Assembly (NCBI RefSeq): GCF_049969415.1 | Contig: NZ_JBMFOX010000002.1 | Span: forward strand, 1-64,000 | Source of the DNA: Candidatus Hadarchaeum sp. | GTDB taxonomy: Archaea; Hadarchaeota; Hadarchaeia; Hadarchaeales; Hadarchaeaceae | Direction of reading: 5' to 3' | DNA: 64,000 nucleotides | In this document: in pieces, positions 28,786 to 40,583 of the stretch | Layout of the letters: each line of letters starts with the position of its first letter | Position numbering within the stretch: the stretch's first letter is position 1 | Position numbers and translations under genes: made by a program | Notes under the pieces: model-generated | Database searches by the model: none | What the model saw: only the letters and a program-made list of their open reading frames with translations | What the model was told of the DNA's origin: nothing

Positions 28786-29400
28786 TTACAATATTTCCTC
28801 CAGAGTTTGTAGGGAGAACTTAGTTTCGGCGCAGCCGTTTTTGGTCAGAAACACGGCTTGGGCAGGAAGATCTTTATTTTTAAGAAATTCTTTTGCCTGT
28901 TTCAACTCTTGGCTGCAGGCGATGCCCACCACGCCGTCATAGGGATTTCTTTCCAGTATCTGCGGGATGCAGGTTCCCCCCGGCAAAATGTATACGTCAT
29001 ACCCTTTGTTTTGACCTAATGTCACGGCTTTGTTTATCAGGCAGTCCGGGGAACACCGGGCACAGTAATAAGATGGTATCTCTGCATCAAAACGCGCCTG
29101 GCATCTGCTGTCCATGTATTTTCTGGCACAGTGGGGCAAGAAAAGCGCCCTGTTCCGGCTTTCTTGAAATCTTTCCCTTTCTTGGATATTGTGCAAATGA
29201 ACATCGATCAGATCCTCAATTAACGTGGAAACGTCAGCGATGTTCAGACCTCCTATTTCGGGGACCTTCAGTTCCTCGGCCAAACGCCTGACGGTTCCCG
29301 CAATTCTTCTGTGCAGGTTCTTTTGGTAGGCTATCTTGGCCAGAGTTTCGTAGAAAGCTTGTGGCATCCGGGACAGGTCGAATCTGAAGTGATAAGGCAT
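28786..29400 (-). CDS. DUF116 family protein
   Basis: FLPHC, C..C..DC, YILPGG, GIAC..EL. Confidence 0.85.
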   Translation of the reverse strand: MPYHFRFDLSRMPQAFYETLAKIAYQKNLHRRIAGTVRRLAEELKVPEIGGLNIADVSTLIEDLIDVHLHNIQERERFQESRNRALFLPHCARKYMDSRCQARFDAEIPSYYCARCSPDCLINKAVTLGQNKGYDVYILPGGTCIPQILERNPYDGVVGIACSQELKQAKEFLKNKDLPAQAVFLTKNGCAETKFSLQTLEEIL

Positions 29401-29409
29401 GTCCCCTAT

Positions 29410-30090
29410 TTACCTCCTCAGGATGAACATGGCATGGTCCTTTTCGTAAGGGTCAAGAACCTTGGCGTCGATGATTTCCATTTCCTTCTCCAGTTTTTCC
29501 ATTTCATTCCTGAATATCTCACGAGGTTCCTTGGTCACGTCGATGCTTCGGGCCTTTAGGGACAGCATGGCGTAGCCACCTTTGGGCAGGAAAATTTTGG
29601 CGTTGGCCAGCAGGATTTCGGTTTGGTCCGGTTGAGCGATGTCCTGGTAAATGACATCGACTTTTTTGACAAGTGAGCTGTAGCTTTGAGGCAGCCGGGC
29701 ATCGGCCAGTATGGGCAGCATGTTTTTTCTCTTCGTGCAGACGGCGAGCAGGTCCCTTATCGGCCGTGAGGAGACTTCTACACAATAAACGCAGCCATCT
29801 GACCCCACGATGTCGGAGACGTGTGAGGAGGTCGTTCCACTTGCCGCCCCGAGGTAAAGAACGCGTTTTCCTGGGGTTATTGGGTTGACCTTGATGTTTT
29901 TGAGGATGGCGGCTGCGAGCTTGCTTCGATAGGGATCCCAGAGCCGGTATTCAATTCCATCCAGCTCAATTAACTTTTCCCCGTAGACCTGATTCCGGCG
30001 AGCGAGATTTATCGTAGCTAGCTTGCGGGTGCCGTCGTCCAGCTCTATCCAGTACACCGACTTAAAGCGCTCGTGCTCAACCGCCTTCAT
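29410..30090 (-). CDS. flpA: Fibrillarin-like 2'-O-methyltransferase
   Basis: VYGE, WDPYRSKLAA, LYLGAASGTT.SH, DIAQPDQ, KARSID. Confidence 0.96.
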   Translation of the reverse strand: MKAVEHERFKSVYWIELDDGTRKLATINLARRNQVYGEKLIELDGIEYRLWDPYRSKLAAAILKNIKVNPITPGKRVLYLGAASGTTSSHVSDIVGSDGCVYCVEVSSRPIRDLLAVCTKRKNMLPILADARLPQSYSSLVKKVDVIYQDIAQPDQTEILLANAKIFLPKGGYAMLSLKARSIDVTKEPREIFRNEMEKLEKEMEIIDAKVLDPYEKDHAMFILRR

Positions 30091-31238
30091 AGTTCTTTCC
30101 TTGCCTTTCTCTTGATATCGGAGATTCTGGCTTTAAGTTCGGCATCTAATTTATCACCAACGAATTCACCGGACATCGCGTCTACTCTCGCTGCAATGGC
30201 CACCTTTCCGGCGAGCGCGCGCGCAATCTTACCCCTCAGCTTCTTTGGAGAACCGCGGACCTCAGGATATTGGAAAATTACACCGTGTTTGGGTGGGCTC
30301 CCCTTCCTCTTCAAGGCGCGGAAAAGTGCCTTTTCGGCGCCGAGGACTTGGATGGTGCTGGCCGGCATGCGGGAAAGTTCCTGGAGACCACCGGCGATTG
30401 CTATCAGACGAGCCCCGATGGCGCTACCAACAACGGCACGTAAGTTGGGGGCGATTTGTGCCATCAGACCGTCGATATATTCAGATATCTCGTTCCTTAG
30501 GTCATAGAGTTCGAATATTTCCTTACAGGTCCTCTTTAGTGATTTCAAGTCTGTTTCGTCAAAATGCGCTCCTAGGGACTCCGCCGCGGCCCGGGTTATT
30601 TTTTCAGCTTTTTCCTCCGATATCCCGGTGGCGTTGATGACCGCTTCCTTGGTAAAGTCCTCTCGGAGGCCAATTTTGGTAATCAGCTTGAGGAAGATTT
30701 CGTGGTCCTGAACCAAGCGATCAAGCTCTGGGAAGTGGATGGAATACCACTCCCTGACCCGGACTATCAAGATGTTAGCGAACTTGTCGATGTCATCTAA
30801 TAGACCGATGGACTGAATAATTAAACTGTCTCGCTGAGCCGCTTCGGTGCGGAGCTTGTGTCGGGTGAGGATGAAGTTCACCTCGCGGACAAAATCATCG
30901 AGTTTTTCAAAGCCCAGATCCTCCACTATGTCTTGAAGTTTCTCCCGCAAGATTGACCCTGCCACGTTGGGTATCAATATCTCGAATTTTGCCCTTTTGA
31001 ACTCCTCCTTGAGCCTGCCGGCGAGAGACTTTGATTCCAACGTAAACTCGCGGTGTCCCTTGGTCATCAACTCGGAGATAAGCTGGCGATGTTCTTCAGT
31101 AGGGGTTCCCATCTGAACACTGGCAATTTTTCCCGCGACTTCTATCGGGTCGTGCGGGAATTTTCTAAAGGAGACTAACTTGCCCATATCGTCAAAGGCA
31201 AAGACGCCTAAGACACTTTCAGCAATATGAACCGGCAT
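30087..31238 (-). CDS. nop5: C/D box RNP protein Nop5 (Nop56/58)
   Basis: REWYSIHFPEL, PASTIQVLGAEKALFR, PPKHG. Confidence 0.96.
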   Translation of the reverse strand: MPVHIAESVLGVFAFDDMGKLVSFRKFPHDPIEVAGKIASVQMGTPTEEHRQLISELMTKGHREFTLESKSLAGRLKEEFKRAKFEILIPNVAGSILREKLQDIVEDLGFEKLDDFVREVNFILTRHKLRTEAAQRDSLIIQSIGLLDDIDKFANILIVRVREWYSIHFPELDRLVQDHEIFLKLITKIGLREDFTKEAVINATGISEEKAEKITRAAAESLGAHFDETDLKSLKRTCKEIFELYDLRNEISEYIDGLMAQIAPNLRAVVGSAIGARLIAIAGGLQELSRMPASTIQVLGAEKALFRALKRKGSPPKHGVIFQYPEVRGSPKKLRGKIARALAGKVAIAARVDAMSGEFVGDKLDAELKARISDIKRKARKEL

Positions 31239-31462
31239 ACTCCCCGTTTAAGCTTTATCACCATTCTATAATAGTTTTCAGCTCAGCCGGAAGTGTGGGG
31301 AGTTCTTTCCCAACTCGTTGCTTACTGTTCTCCGGTCAGTCCTTTAGGCCTCAGTTTCTGTTTTAGACCGATTCCTTCCAAATATCTCTCAATTTAGGGC
31401 GTTTGGTTGGGCACATATAACGATGTGTTTAAAGTTTCAAATTTTTCTAGCAACTTATTTAA

Positions 31463-32518
<1,056 letters not shown>

Positions 32519-32571
32519 GCGAAACCCTTATATTTTTAGCTTCAGCGGATAACTGACATATTGGTGATTCT

Positions 32572-33459
32572 GTGGAGATAGTATTCGGCTCTGAGCGGCT
32601 CAAGAGGGGCTTCGCTAAGATGCAAAAAGGCGGGGTTATCATGGACGTTACCACTCCAGAGCAGGCCATCATCGCTGAGGAGGCGGGAGCGGTGGCCGTC
32701 ATGGCGCTTCAGGCGGTTCCGGCAGACATCCGGGCTTCAGGCGGTGTGGCGCGCATGGCTGATCCCGCTATCATCGAGGCCATAATGAATGCGGTGACGA
32801 TTCCCGTGATGGCCAAGTGCCGAATAGGGCATTTTGCCGAAGCTCAAGTGCTCGAGGCGTTGGGCGTGGACATGATCGACGAGAGCGAGGTCCTCACTGT
32901 GGCAGACGAGGAGGCCCACATCGACAAACGCAAGTTCAAGGTCCCGTTCGTCTGCGGCTCTCGCGATCTGGGGGAGGCCCTCCGAAGGATTAACGAGGGG
33001 GCGGCCATGATAAGGACCAAGGGTGAGGCCGGTACCGGGAACATCGTTGAGGCGGTGAGGCACATCAAGGCCACCAAACGCCAAATAGCCGAGCTGGCGG
33101 GATTGAGCCGTGACGAACTCGAGGTGAAGGCCCGTGAATATCGCGTGCCCGTGGAACTGGTTGAGGAAACCGCCAAGCTCCAGCGGCTACCAGTTGTCTG
33201 GTTCTGCGCGGGAGGGATAGCAACCCCGGCTGATGCTTCTTTGGTCATGCAGATGGGTGTCGACGGGATTTTTGTGGGCTCGGGCATCTTCAAGTCAAGC
33301 GATCCACCAAGGATGGCCAGAGCCATAGTCGAGGCGACGAGATACTACGATGATCCGGAGGTCGTTTTGGAAGCCTCCAAGAACCTGCCGCTTCCGATGA
33401 AAGGAATTGACGTCAAGATGCTAAGACCAGAGGAGAGGCTTCAGGTAAGGGGCATCTGA
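32572..33459 (+). CDS. pdxS: PLP synthase subunit PdxS
   Basis: [33 protein letters not shown]. Confidence 0.96.
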   Translation: MEIVFGSERLKRGFAKMQKGGVIMDVTTPEQAIIAEEAGAVAVMALQAVPADIRASGGVARMADPAIIEAIMNAVTIPVMAKCRIGHFAEAQVLEALGVDMIDESEVLTVADEEAHIDKRKFKVPFVCGSRDLGEALRRINEGAAMIRTKGEAGTGNIVEAVRHIKATKRQIAELAGLSRDELEVKAREYRVPVELVEETAKLQRLPVVWFCAGGIATPADASLVMQMGVDGIFVGSGIFKSSDPPRMARAIVEATRYYDDPEVVLEASKNLPLPMKGIDVKMLRPEERLQVRGI

Positions 33460-33477
33460 GGATTTTCTTCGGTGATT

Positions 33478-34752
33478 CTACATCCAGAGCAGCTGGAGCA
33501 ACAGGTGTCCCACTAGGACTGCCGCTATTGTCGGTGCTAAACTGATCTTCAGAAAGTCCTTTATCTTCACCCGATATCCTCGTTTTTCCAGTAGTCCGGC
33601 AGCGAAGACGTTGGCCGTCGCACCCACCGGAGTGATATTCCCACCGATTCCAGTGCCGAGTAGCGTCCCGTACATCAGGGGATAAGCGAGTCCAGCCGAA
33701 CCCAGCGCCAGCGCCGCGTTTTTGGCCACAGGGATCATGAGCACAGAGTAGGGGACGTTGTCGATAAACGAGGAGAGAGCAACCGAGAGCCAGACCAAGA
33801 TTGCCAGGGTGAAGACGGGGTTGTTAGAGCCGAGGCCGCCTATTCCTCGGGCGAGGTCGCTGAGAATTCCAACTCTGTCAACGGCACCGATTACGATGAA
33901 AATTCCGATTACGAAGAAAAACGAGTGCCAGTCGAATTCCTTTATCATCCTTGGTATGTTTCTGAAGCCGATGAGGACCGAAACCACCCCAACAATCAGA
34001 CCTATGAACCCAGGGCCCACCCTCAAATAAGAGTTCAGAGCCAAGGCGAAAATCCCGGCGAGGAAGACCAGCGTCGGCAGGTAATTCGTTTCAATTTTTT
34101 CTTCCTCGATGCTGACTTTTGTTTTCATTTTTCTGAGGTGGCAGAGGTAAAGGGTGATCAAGCCGATGATGGCAGCGATGGCCGAGATTATTCCTAGGCC
34201 CAGCCTGCCTTGGAACCAATAGAAGTCGAGGAAAGACATCCCGGCCTCGGAGGCCAGAATTATCGCCGGCGGATCGGCTATCATTGAAACCGTCGTCACC
34301 ATGTTGGAGCTGATGGCGATTGAGCACAGGTATAAAAAAGGGGAGGATTTGGTCCTCTTGGCTACCTCCATAGCAATTGGGGCCATGATCAGAACCACCC
34401 CCACATTTTCCAGAAAGCTCGAGAGAAAGGCAGTTATGGCGCAAAGGGAGAGCAGGGCCATTCCCTCATTTTTCGTGTGGTGCAACACGTGCCGGGCCAG
34501 ATGTTTCGGAACTCCGCTTTCCGAGAACAAGATGGAGACCATCATAAAGCCCCAGTAAATTCCAAGCACATCCCATCTGATTGCGTTCACAACTTGTTCT
34601 GGAGTCATCGCGTTGGTGGGGAGAAGAATGAGGAGAAGAATAATGGCAGAGGCAATGCTGACGTAGGCCATTTTAACCTTCCGAGATATCGCTAGCCCGT
34701 AGCAGACCACGAAGACCAGCAGCACGATTATTTTCAGCGTTGCTTCGATCAG
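33478..34752 (-). CDS. ArsB/NhaD/SLC13-type ion permease (CTG start 34752 or GTG 34725)
   Basis: SSFIDNVP, GGNITPVGATAN; about 12 TM. Confidence 0.85.
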   Translation of the reverse strand: MIEATLKIIVLLVFVVCYGLAISRKVKMAYVSIASAIILLLILLPTNAMTPEQVVNAIRWDVLGIYWGFMMVSILFSESGVPKHLARHVLHHTKNEGMALLSLCAITAFLSSFLENVGVVLIMAPIAMEVAKRTKSSPFLYLCSIAISSNMVTTVSMIADPPAIILASEAGMSFLDFYWFQGRLGLGIISAIAAIIGLITLYLCHLRKMKTKVSIEEEKIETNYLPTLVFLAGIFALALNSYLRVGPGFIGLIVGVVSVLIGFRNIPRMIKEFDWHSFFFVIGIFIVIGAVDRVGILSDLARGIGGLGSNNPVFTLAILVWLSVALSSFIDNVPYSVLMIPVAKNAALALGSAGLAYPLMYGTLLGTGIGGNITPVGATANVFAAGLLEKRGYRVKIKDFLKISLAPTIAAVLVGHLLLQLLWM

Positions 34753-34824
34753 CGGTACACCCCTTTAAAATATTCTAGCATCGCTTTAAAGCAACGTTTT
34801 TGCAGTTTGAAGATCGGAGTAGGG

Positions 34825-35349
34825 CTAGCCTTCAGGGGTGTCGATTTTTATCAACGAAAATATCTCGTAATTATCTCCGATGGTCTCTCTTCCTCGGAGG
34901 TAACCGAGCTCGATGAGAAATCCGATTCCCACTACCTTGCCGCCGAGCCTTTCCACGAGTTCAATGTTGGCCTTCATCGTACCTCCGGTAGCCAACAGGT
35001 CGTCAACGAGCAGGACGTTCTGTCCGGGCTCTATGGCATCCTCGTGAATTTCGATCACGTCGGCCTCATACTCCTTTTGGTACATGTAGTCCACGCATTT
35101 GGCGGGAAGCTTTCCTTTTTTTCTGATGGGAACGAAGCCCGCGCCGAGTTCGTAGGCCAGAGGGGCAGCGATGATGAAGCCCCGGGCCTCGTTGGAAACC
35201 ACCACGTCAATTTTTCTGTCCTTGAAGTGATCGGCCAAAAGACGGATAGCTTCTCGGAAAGACTCTCGGTCCTTAAGTAAGGGGGTGATGTCCCAGAAGA
35301 CCACGCCCTTGAACTCCGGTATTCTTCTGATTTTAGATTTAAGGTCCAG
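34825..35349 (-). CDS. apt: Adenine phosphoribosyltransferase (probable CTG start)
   Basis: F.DITPLL, EARGF, RKKGKLP, VDDLLATGGT. Confidence 0.95.
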   Translation of the reverse strand: MDLKSKIRRIPEFKGVVFWDITPLLKDRESFREAIRLLADHFKDRKIDVVVSNEARGFIIAAPLAYELGAGFVPIRKKGKLPAKCVDYMYQKEYEADVIEIHEDAIEPGQNVLLVDDLLATGGTMKANIELVERLGGKVVGIGFLIELGYLRGRETIGDNYEIFSLIKIDTPEG

Positions 35350-35362
35350 AGAACCACCTCCA

Positions 35363-36148
35363 TTAAACGAAAGCATTTTTCAGCGCGTTCTTGCATTCAC
35401 AGCTCCTTTCCCGAGGCATGATGGTTACTACTTCTGCGATCAGGCGCTTGACTTTCTCCAGATTTTCCTTCATGGTTCTCAGCACCTCTTCAGTAGTCAC
35501 TGGATGTTCTTTCCACACGTCGTAGTCGGTGACGGTCGCTATTGACGCGTAGCAGATTTCGGCTTCACGGGCTAGGACACATTCTGGTACTAGGGTCATT
35601 CCGATCACATCAGCCCCCCAGCCTTGGAACATCTTGGATTCGGCCTTGGTGGAGAACCTAGGTCCCTCGATGCACACATACGTTCCCCTTGGATGGGCCT
35701 CAAGGCCGATTCTTTTCGCCGCATCCATCAGAGTTTTTCTGATTTCGGGGCACATAGGTTCGGCCACGGAAATGTGACACACCTTGTCTCCCGTGTAGAA
35801 GGATTCCTCTCGCCTAGTGGTTCTGTCGATGAATTGATCCACAAAGACGATGTCTCCGGGCCGGTATTCTTCCTTTAATGATCCCACCGCCGAAGGTGCG
35901 AGGATCCTAGTCACACCGAGCTGCTTCATTGCGAAAATGTTTGCCCGGTAATTTATGTCGGTTGGTCTGATGGTATGTTTTTTTCCGTGCCTGGGGAGAA
36001 AAGCCAACTTTCTACCGTTCAGCTCTCCTAAAGTTATGGAATCGGATGGAGAGCCATATGGTGTTTCAACTTTGACTTCTCCAACATTCTTGAGGATTTT
36101 CGGGTCGTAAAGACCGGTGCCTCCAATTATCCCGATTTCGGCCCTCAT
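35363..36148 (-). CDS. mtnP: 5'-methylthioadenosine phosphorylase
   Basis: GIIGGTG, PRHG..H, EGPRFST.AES, GMT, TDYD. Confidence 0.93.
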   Translation of the reverse strand: MRAEIGIIGGTGLYDPKILKNVGEVKVETPYGSPSDSITLGELNGRKLAFLPRHGKKHTIRPTDINYRANIFAMKQLGVTRILAPSAVGSLKEEYRPGDIVFVDQFIDRTTRREESFYTGDKVCHISVAEPMCPEIRKTLMDAAKRIGLEAHPRGTYVCIEGPRFSTKAESKMFQGWGADVIGMTLVPECVLAREAEICYASIATVTDYDVWKEHPVTTEEVLRTMKENLEKVKRLIAEVVTIMPRERSCECKNALKNAFV

Positions 36149-36330
36149 ACTTACTACATTTTCGGTAGAGACCTATAAAAATAACGAGGCAATTGACGTT
36201 GTGAAAGACCATCTGAGCCGCTGCCAAGTCAGAGGGTCATGCCTAGGTATGTGATTGAGGCGACCTTAGTGAGTTACTAGCCATTGGGAATCGTGATGAG
36301 TCAAAAGCTGGTAGCGAAGACTTATATAGT

Positions 36331-36357
36331 CAAAATTGATATCAACTTTGATATTAA
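36331..36357. promoter_or_regulatory. Probable PadR operator
   Basis: CAAAATTGAT-ATCAACTTTG near-perfect 20-bp palindrome plus a second TTGATATTAA copy, between TATA-like CTTATATA and the AGGTG SD. Confidence 0.55.
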
Positions 36358-36368
36358 GGTGAAAAAAA

Positions 36369-36950
36369 ATGCGAGAAGAATATTGCCCCCCTCCCTTCAG
36401 ACACTGGATGCGGCACATGGCAGCAGTGCCAAAGGGGTTCCTGAGGTACCAGGTGCTGGAGCTACTGAACAAAAGACCGCTCTCAGGGTCTGAAATCATG
36501 GAGGAGGTAAAAAAGATGAGCAACGGATGCTGGCGGCCAAGCCCGGGGTCCGTGTATCCCCTCTTCGCATGGCTGAAGAAAAACGGATATGTAAAAGAAG
36601 TGCGGACGCCTGAGATTGGCATTAAACGTTATGCTCTCACCGAAAGAGGAAAGAAATTACTCGAAGATCAGAGAAGAATCAAGGCTAAGATTGGCTCTGG
36701 AAAGTTCATGCTACCACCTCTTTTTGGTTCCTTTTGGTTCGGGGTACCGCCGGAGAAAACCGGCGAAATCAGAAGGGCGACGAGGCGGCTGATTAAAACA
36801 TTCTTCGACGTTAGTTTGACTTTGGAGGACCGGCACTCTGAAAAGGAAATCGAAGAAGTCGTCGAAATCTTGGACGAAGCTGCAGCCAAACTTGAAGCCG
36901 TGGAAAAAAAGCTGGAGGGAAAGGATGAAAGACGAAGTGATAAAAGCTGA
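36369..36950 (+). CDS. PadR family regulator
   Basis: KG.LR..VL.LL..P..G.EI, PSPGSVYP, Y.LTE.G. Confidence 0.92.
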   Translation: MREEYCPPPFRHWMRHMAAVPKGFLRYQVLELLNKRPLSGSEIMEEVKKMSNGCWRPSPGSVYPLFAWLKKNGYVKEVRTPEIGIKRYALTERGKKLLEDQRRIKAKIGSGKFMLPPLFGSFWFGVPPEKTGEIRRATRRLIKTFFDVSLTLEDRHSEKEIEEVVEILDEAAAKLEAVEKKLEGKDERRSDKS

Positions 36951-37926
36951 GGGTCTGGCAAAGGTTTTCAACAAGGGCTTGGTGGCTGTGGACCATGTGA
37001 GCTTCAGTGTTAAGAAAGGCGAGATATTCGGTTTCTTGGGGCCAAACGGTGCCGGAAAGACGACGACTATTAACATGCTGATAACCATCCTAAAACCGAC
37101 CGAAGGTACAGCTTCAGTGCTGGGGCATGACATTGTCAAAGAGGCCGACATGGTGAGGCGGGTGATAGGTGTCGTGCCCCAGGAGTACACGGCTGATGAG
37201 GATCTCACCGGCTACGAAAACATAATCCTCTGCGCCGATCTGTACGGCATCCCGCGGAAGGTTTCCAAGGAGAGGGCGAACGAACTGCTTAAGCTAGTCG
37301 AGCTAGCGCAGTTCAAGGATAAGAGGGTTGAGACCTACTCCGGAGGGATGAGGCGCAGGCTTGAGCTCGCCTGCGGACTGGTTAACCGCCCGCAGGTGCT
37401 GTTTCTTGACGAGCCCACCCTAGGTCTCGATGTTCAGACGCGGGCAACGATATGGGAGTATATCAGGCGCCTCAAAGAAGAGTTTGGCATGACCCTTTTC
37501 ATGACAACCCACTACTTGGAAGAAGCAGATGCTCTCTGTGACCGTGTGGCAATAATCGACCACGGGAAGATATTGGTCACCGGGGCTCCGGGTGAGCTCA
37601 AGAAGGCGCTGGGCGGGGACGTGATAACACTGAAAATAAAGGAGAACGATGATGTGAGCAAGCTGATAAGGGAAGTGAAGCACGTGAAGGAAGTGAAAAA
37701 GGAGGACGGGAGCTACCGTGTGAAGGCCGAGTTAGGAAGAGTAACCGCACCACTGATAATTGAAAAATTGATGAAAAAGGGTTATACGGTGACCAAGCTA
37801 TCATTGACGGAACCCACGCTGAACGACGTCTATCTGGAGTACACGGGCAGGTCTATGCGGGACGCCGAAGAGTCCCCGGAAACCTTCAAAACACGCAGGC
37901 TAATTATGAGGAGGGCGAGGGCATGA
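36925..37926 (+). CDS. DrrA-like ABC exporter ATPase
   Basis: GPNGAGKTT, YSGGMRRR, LDEPTLGLD. Confidence 0.93.
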   Translation: MKDEVIKAEGLAKVFNKGLVAVDHVSFSVKKGEIFGFLGPNGAGKTTTINMLITILKPTEGTASVLGHDIVKEADMVRRVIGVVPQEYTADEDLTGYENIILCADLYGIPRKVSKERANELLKLVELAQFKDKRVETYSGGMRRRLELACGLVNRPQVLFLDEPTLGLDVQTRATIWEYIRRLKEEFGMTLFMTTHYLEEADALCDRVAIIDHGKILVTGAPGELKKALGGDVITLKIKENDDVSKLIREVKHVKEVKKEDGSYRVKAELGRVTAPLIIEKLMKKGYTVTKLSLTEPTLNDVYLEYTGRSMRDAEESPETFKTRRLIMRRARA

Positions 37927-38753
37927 ACGAGTATCGACCCAGCAGTCTGCGTGGCGTATGGGCCCTTACTACCAGGGAGCTCAAGAAGTGGCTGAAGGAC
38001 CCGATAATTCTTACCATGACCATCATCCAGCCGGTCATCTGGATGGGCCTGCTAGGTAAGGCCATGAACCTCGGTGGAATGCTTTCCGGTCTTCCTCCGG
38101 GAGTAGGTGAACAGATAATGAGAAGCACCTTCGGGACGGCGGACTACTTCTCCTTCATGGCGGTTGGGATAATCTCGTTCACAGTGATGTTTACGACCAT
38201 GTTCAGCGGTATGTCTGTAGTCTGGGACAGGCGCTTGGGCTTCTTGGACAAGGTGCTGAGCACACCGGTTTCTCGGGCAGCGATCGTATTCTCAAAAATA
38301 TTGAACTCGACGCTCAGAGGCATGTTCCAGGCAACCATCATTCTGATTATCGCCGTTCTATTAGGTTTGCAGCTGGATCCAAGCTTCACGCTGCTTAACC
38401 TTCTTGGAATTTATCTCGCGATATTCCTCTTCAGCGCCGGACTTTCATCCTTGTTCATAGCCCTTTCCCTGAGATCAACGAGGCAGGAAACCCAGATGGC
38501 GATAGTGAACCTCGTAAACCTTCCCCTGATGTTCGCCAGCAACATATTTTTCCCGGCTTCAATGATGCCGGAGTGGTTGCAGGTAATAGCCCGCGTAAAC
38601 CCGGTCAGCTATTTGACCGATGCCCTCAGGCAGCTGACGATTTTGCAAATGGATGTCTCGGCCCTGGCGCTTGATTTCGCCTATCTGGGAATTTTCGCAG
38701 CCGTAGTGTTCACGGTTGGCGTCGTGCTGGCTAGGAGATTTCTCACCAAATAG
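37923..38753 (+). CDS. DrrB-like ABC-2 permease
   Basis: DR..GFL..L.TPV.R, MP.WLQ..NP.SY..DALR. Confidence 0.92.
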   Translation: MNEYRPSSLRGVWALTTRELKKWLKDPIILTMTIIQPVIWMGLLGKAMNLGGMLSGLPPGVGEQIMRSTFGTADYFSFMAVGIISFTVMFTTMFSGMSVVWDRRLGFLDKVLSTPVSRAAIVFSKILNSTLRGMFQATIILIIAVLLGLQLDPSFTLLNLLGIYLAIFLFSAGLSSLFIALSLRSTRQETQMAIVNLVNLPLMFASNIFFPASMMPEWLQVIARVNPVSYLTDALRQLTILQMDVSALALDFAYLGIFAAVVFTVGVVLARRFLTK

Positions 38754-38923
38754 ATGGAGATAGTCCGTTCTTCAGAAGTTTAATTAAGAAATCCTTTGTG
38801 TAAACGTACAAATATATGCATTCGACTAGTCGCGAAGGTTGGCTTGCTGGATTTTGTTGGTCTGGTTTGAGTTGTAAAACTTTTGGGACATTTTTGAAAA
38901 GACGGTAAAATCAGCTCGAAGGA

Positions 38924-39000
38924 TGGCGGGCCCGTCGGGATTTGAACCCGAGTCCTAAGCTCCGCAGGCTCATGTCCTATCCAGGCTAGACTACGGGCCC
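38924..39000 (-). tRNA. tRNA-Arg(GCG)
   Basis: Reverse complement: acceptor GGGCCCG/CGGGCCC; anticodon arm TGAGC-CTGCGGA-GCTTA; T arm TCGGG-TTCAAAT-CCCGA; G-CCA end. Confidence 0.96.
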
Positions 39001-39085
39001 ATTACCAATTTATCTTTAACCTTTAATTTGATGAGGTAGGTTTTTAAGAGGGCGTCGGTCACATTATACCAAAGTGGGGTTTTCA

Positions 39086-40012
39086 ATGGTCGGTTCAGCG
39101 ACCTTAGATGCAATCGAGCGTGTCAGCCGAAGCGTGGTCAACATCAGCACCCTTTCTCAGATTCGGGACGTCTTCTTCAGGCCGATTCCGCTGAAGGGCA
39201 TGGGATCTGGGGTTGTCATCAGATCCAGTGGCTACATCCTCACCAACAACCATGTGGTTCAAGGGGCCGACAAAATCACCGTCACCTTTCACGATGGTAG
39301 AGTGATGGAGGGCAGGGTGGTTGGTACATGTCCCAGCTTTGACGTGGCGGTGATCAAGGTGGAAGCTGAGAATTTAGAAGCGGTGGAGATAGGAGACTCC
39401 GATAAGCTCAGGGTCGGACAACCGGTTTTCGCCGTTGGAAATCCTTTCGGCTTGGCGGGAGGCCCCACCGTAACCTCCGGAGTCGTGAGCGCATTGGGAC
39501 GAACGATACAAGCAGAGAGAGGCACGCTGGATAACCTCATTCAGACCGACGCGGCTATAAACCCCGGAAACAGCGGTGGCCCGCTTGTGGATGAGAACGG
39601 CAAGGTAATCGCGATTAGTACTGCGATAATCCCGTTTGCTCAGGGAATAGGCTTTGCCATTCCAATTAAGGTGGCCATTCGTTGTGCCGACGATATAATC
39701 AGGTATGGACGTGTTCGGATACCTTGGCTGGGAATAGACGGCGTGAGCATAAACGAGGCTGTTGCTTATCGATATAACATCCCAAGCGCTGTTGGTGTTC
39801 TCGTCGTTAGGGTCGTCGAGGGAAGCCCGGCCGATGTTGCCGGGATTTCGCCCGGAGACGTGATTTTGGAATTCGGGAAGAAGCCGGTGAGGACAATCGA
39901 GGAGCTGAGGCGGAAGATAATGTCCAGCAACGTCGGTGACGAGGCCCAGATTAAGATAATCCGCGACGGACAGAGTCACCAAGTTAAAATCACCCTCGGG
40001 GCAATGCCTTAG
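39086..40012 (+). CDS. HtrA/DegP-like serine protease with one PDZ domain
   Basis: [36 protein letters not shown]. Confidence 0.94.
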   Translation: MVGSATLDAIERVSRSVVNISTLSQIRDVFFRPIPLKGMGSGVVIRSSGYILTNNHVVQGADKITVTFHDGRVMEGRVVGTCPSFDVAVIKVEAENLEAVEIGDSDKLRVGQPVFAVGNPFGLAGGPTVTSGVVSALGRTIQAERGTLDNLIQTDAAINPGNSGGPLVDENGKVIAISTAIIPFAQGIGFAIPIKVAIRCADDIIRYGRVRIPWLGIDGVSINEAVAYRYNIPSAVGVLVVRVVEGSPADVAGISPGDVILEFGKKPVRTIEELRRKIMSSNVGDEAQIKIIRDGQSHQVKITLGAMP

Positions 40013-40062
40013 GTGAGATGTTAATTTTTATAGATGTTCCAACCAACGGATATGGCGAGACC

Positions 40063-40227
40063 ATGACAAACGTTTGCACCTCTTGTAGTCGGGACATCCC
40101 ACAGGGTGAGATCGTCGTGAAGTTTCCCTGCCCCAGCTGTGGCGAGGTCGAGATCCTGCGCTGCGCCAAGTGCCGGCGCCTCAGTAATCCCTACCGCTGC
40201 CCTAAATGTGGGTTCTCGGGGCCGTGA
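40063..40227 (+). CDS. Small zinc-ribbon protein (DUF1610/HVO_2753-like)
   Basis: CTSC..FPCPSCG..RC.KCR..Y.CPKCGF.GP; conserved position upstream of EF-1beta. Confidence 0.9.
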   Translation: MTNVCTSCSRDIPQGEIVVKFPCPSCGEVEILRCAKCRRLSNPYRCPKCGFSGP

Positions 40228-40237
40228 GGTGTTTAAG

Positions 40238-40495
40238 GTGGCCGAGGTCGCCGTTACCTTGCGCGTCATGCCCGAAAGCGCCGAGTTGGACTTGAACCAG
40301 CTCGAGGCTAAGATCCGGGAGCGTGTTAAGGTTCACTCAGTTTCCCGGGAGCCAATTGCCTTTGGACTGGTGGCGTTGAGGGTGGTGGCCATCGTTGAGG
40401 ATGCTGCGGGAGGAACCGAGCCTCTGGAGAACGAAATCTTGGGCATCCCCGGCGTGGGCAACGTTCAGGTAACCGGCATCACGAGGCTTTTGTGA
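40238..40495 (+). CDS. ef1b: Elongation factor 1-beta
   Basis: RVMPES, EPIAFGLVAL, GGTE.LE. Confidence 0.93.
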   Translation: MAEVAVTLRVMPESAELDLNQLEAKIRERVKVHSVSREPIAFGLVALRVVAIVEDAAGGTEPLENEILGIPGVGNVQVTGITRLL

Positions 40496-40583
40496 AATTT
40501 AAGCGGTCTCGAGCGGTTGTTAGGGAAAACAGATTAAGGCAGTAAGGATAATTTAGACTTGAATATGGGGTGGGGCGGAAATC

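Noticed and set aside
38754-39000. Integrated element at tRNA-Arg or tRNA-Cys
   Set aside because: No integrase and no duplicated tRNA 3' end seen in the window
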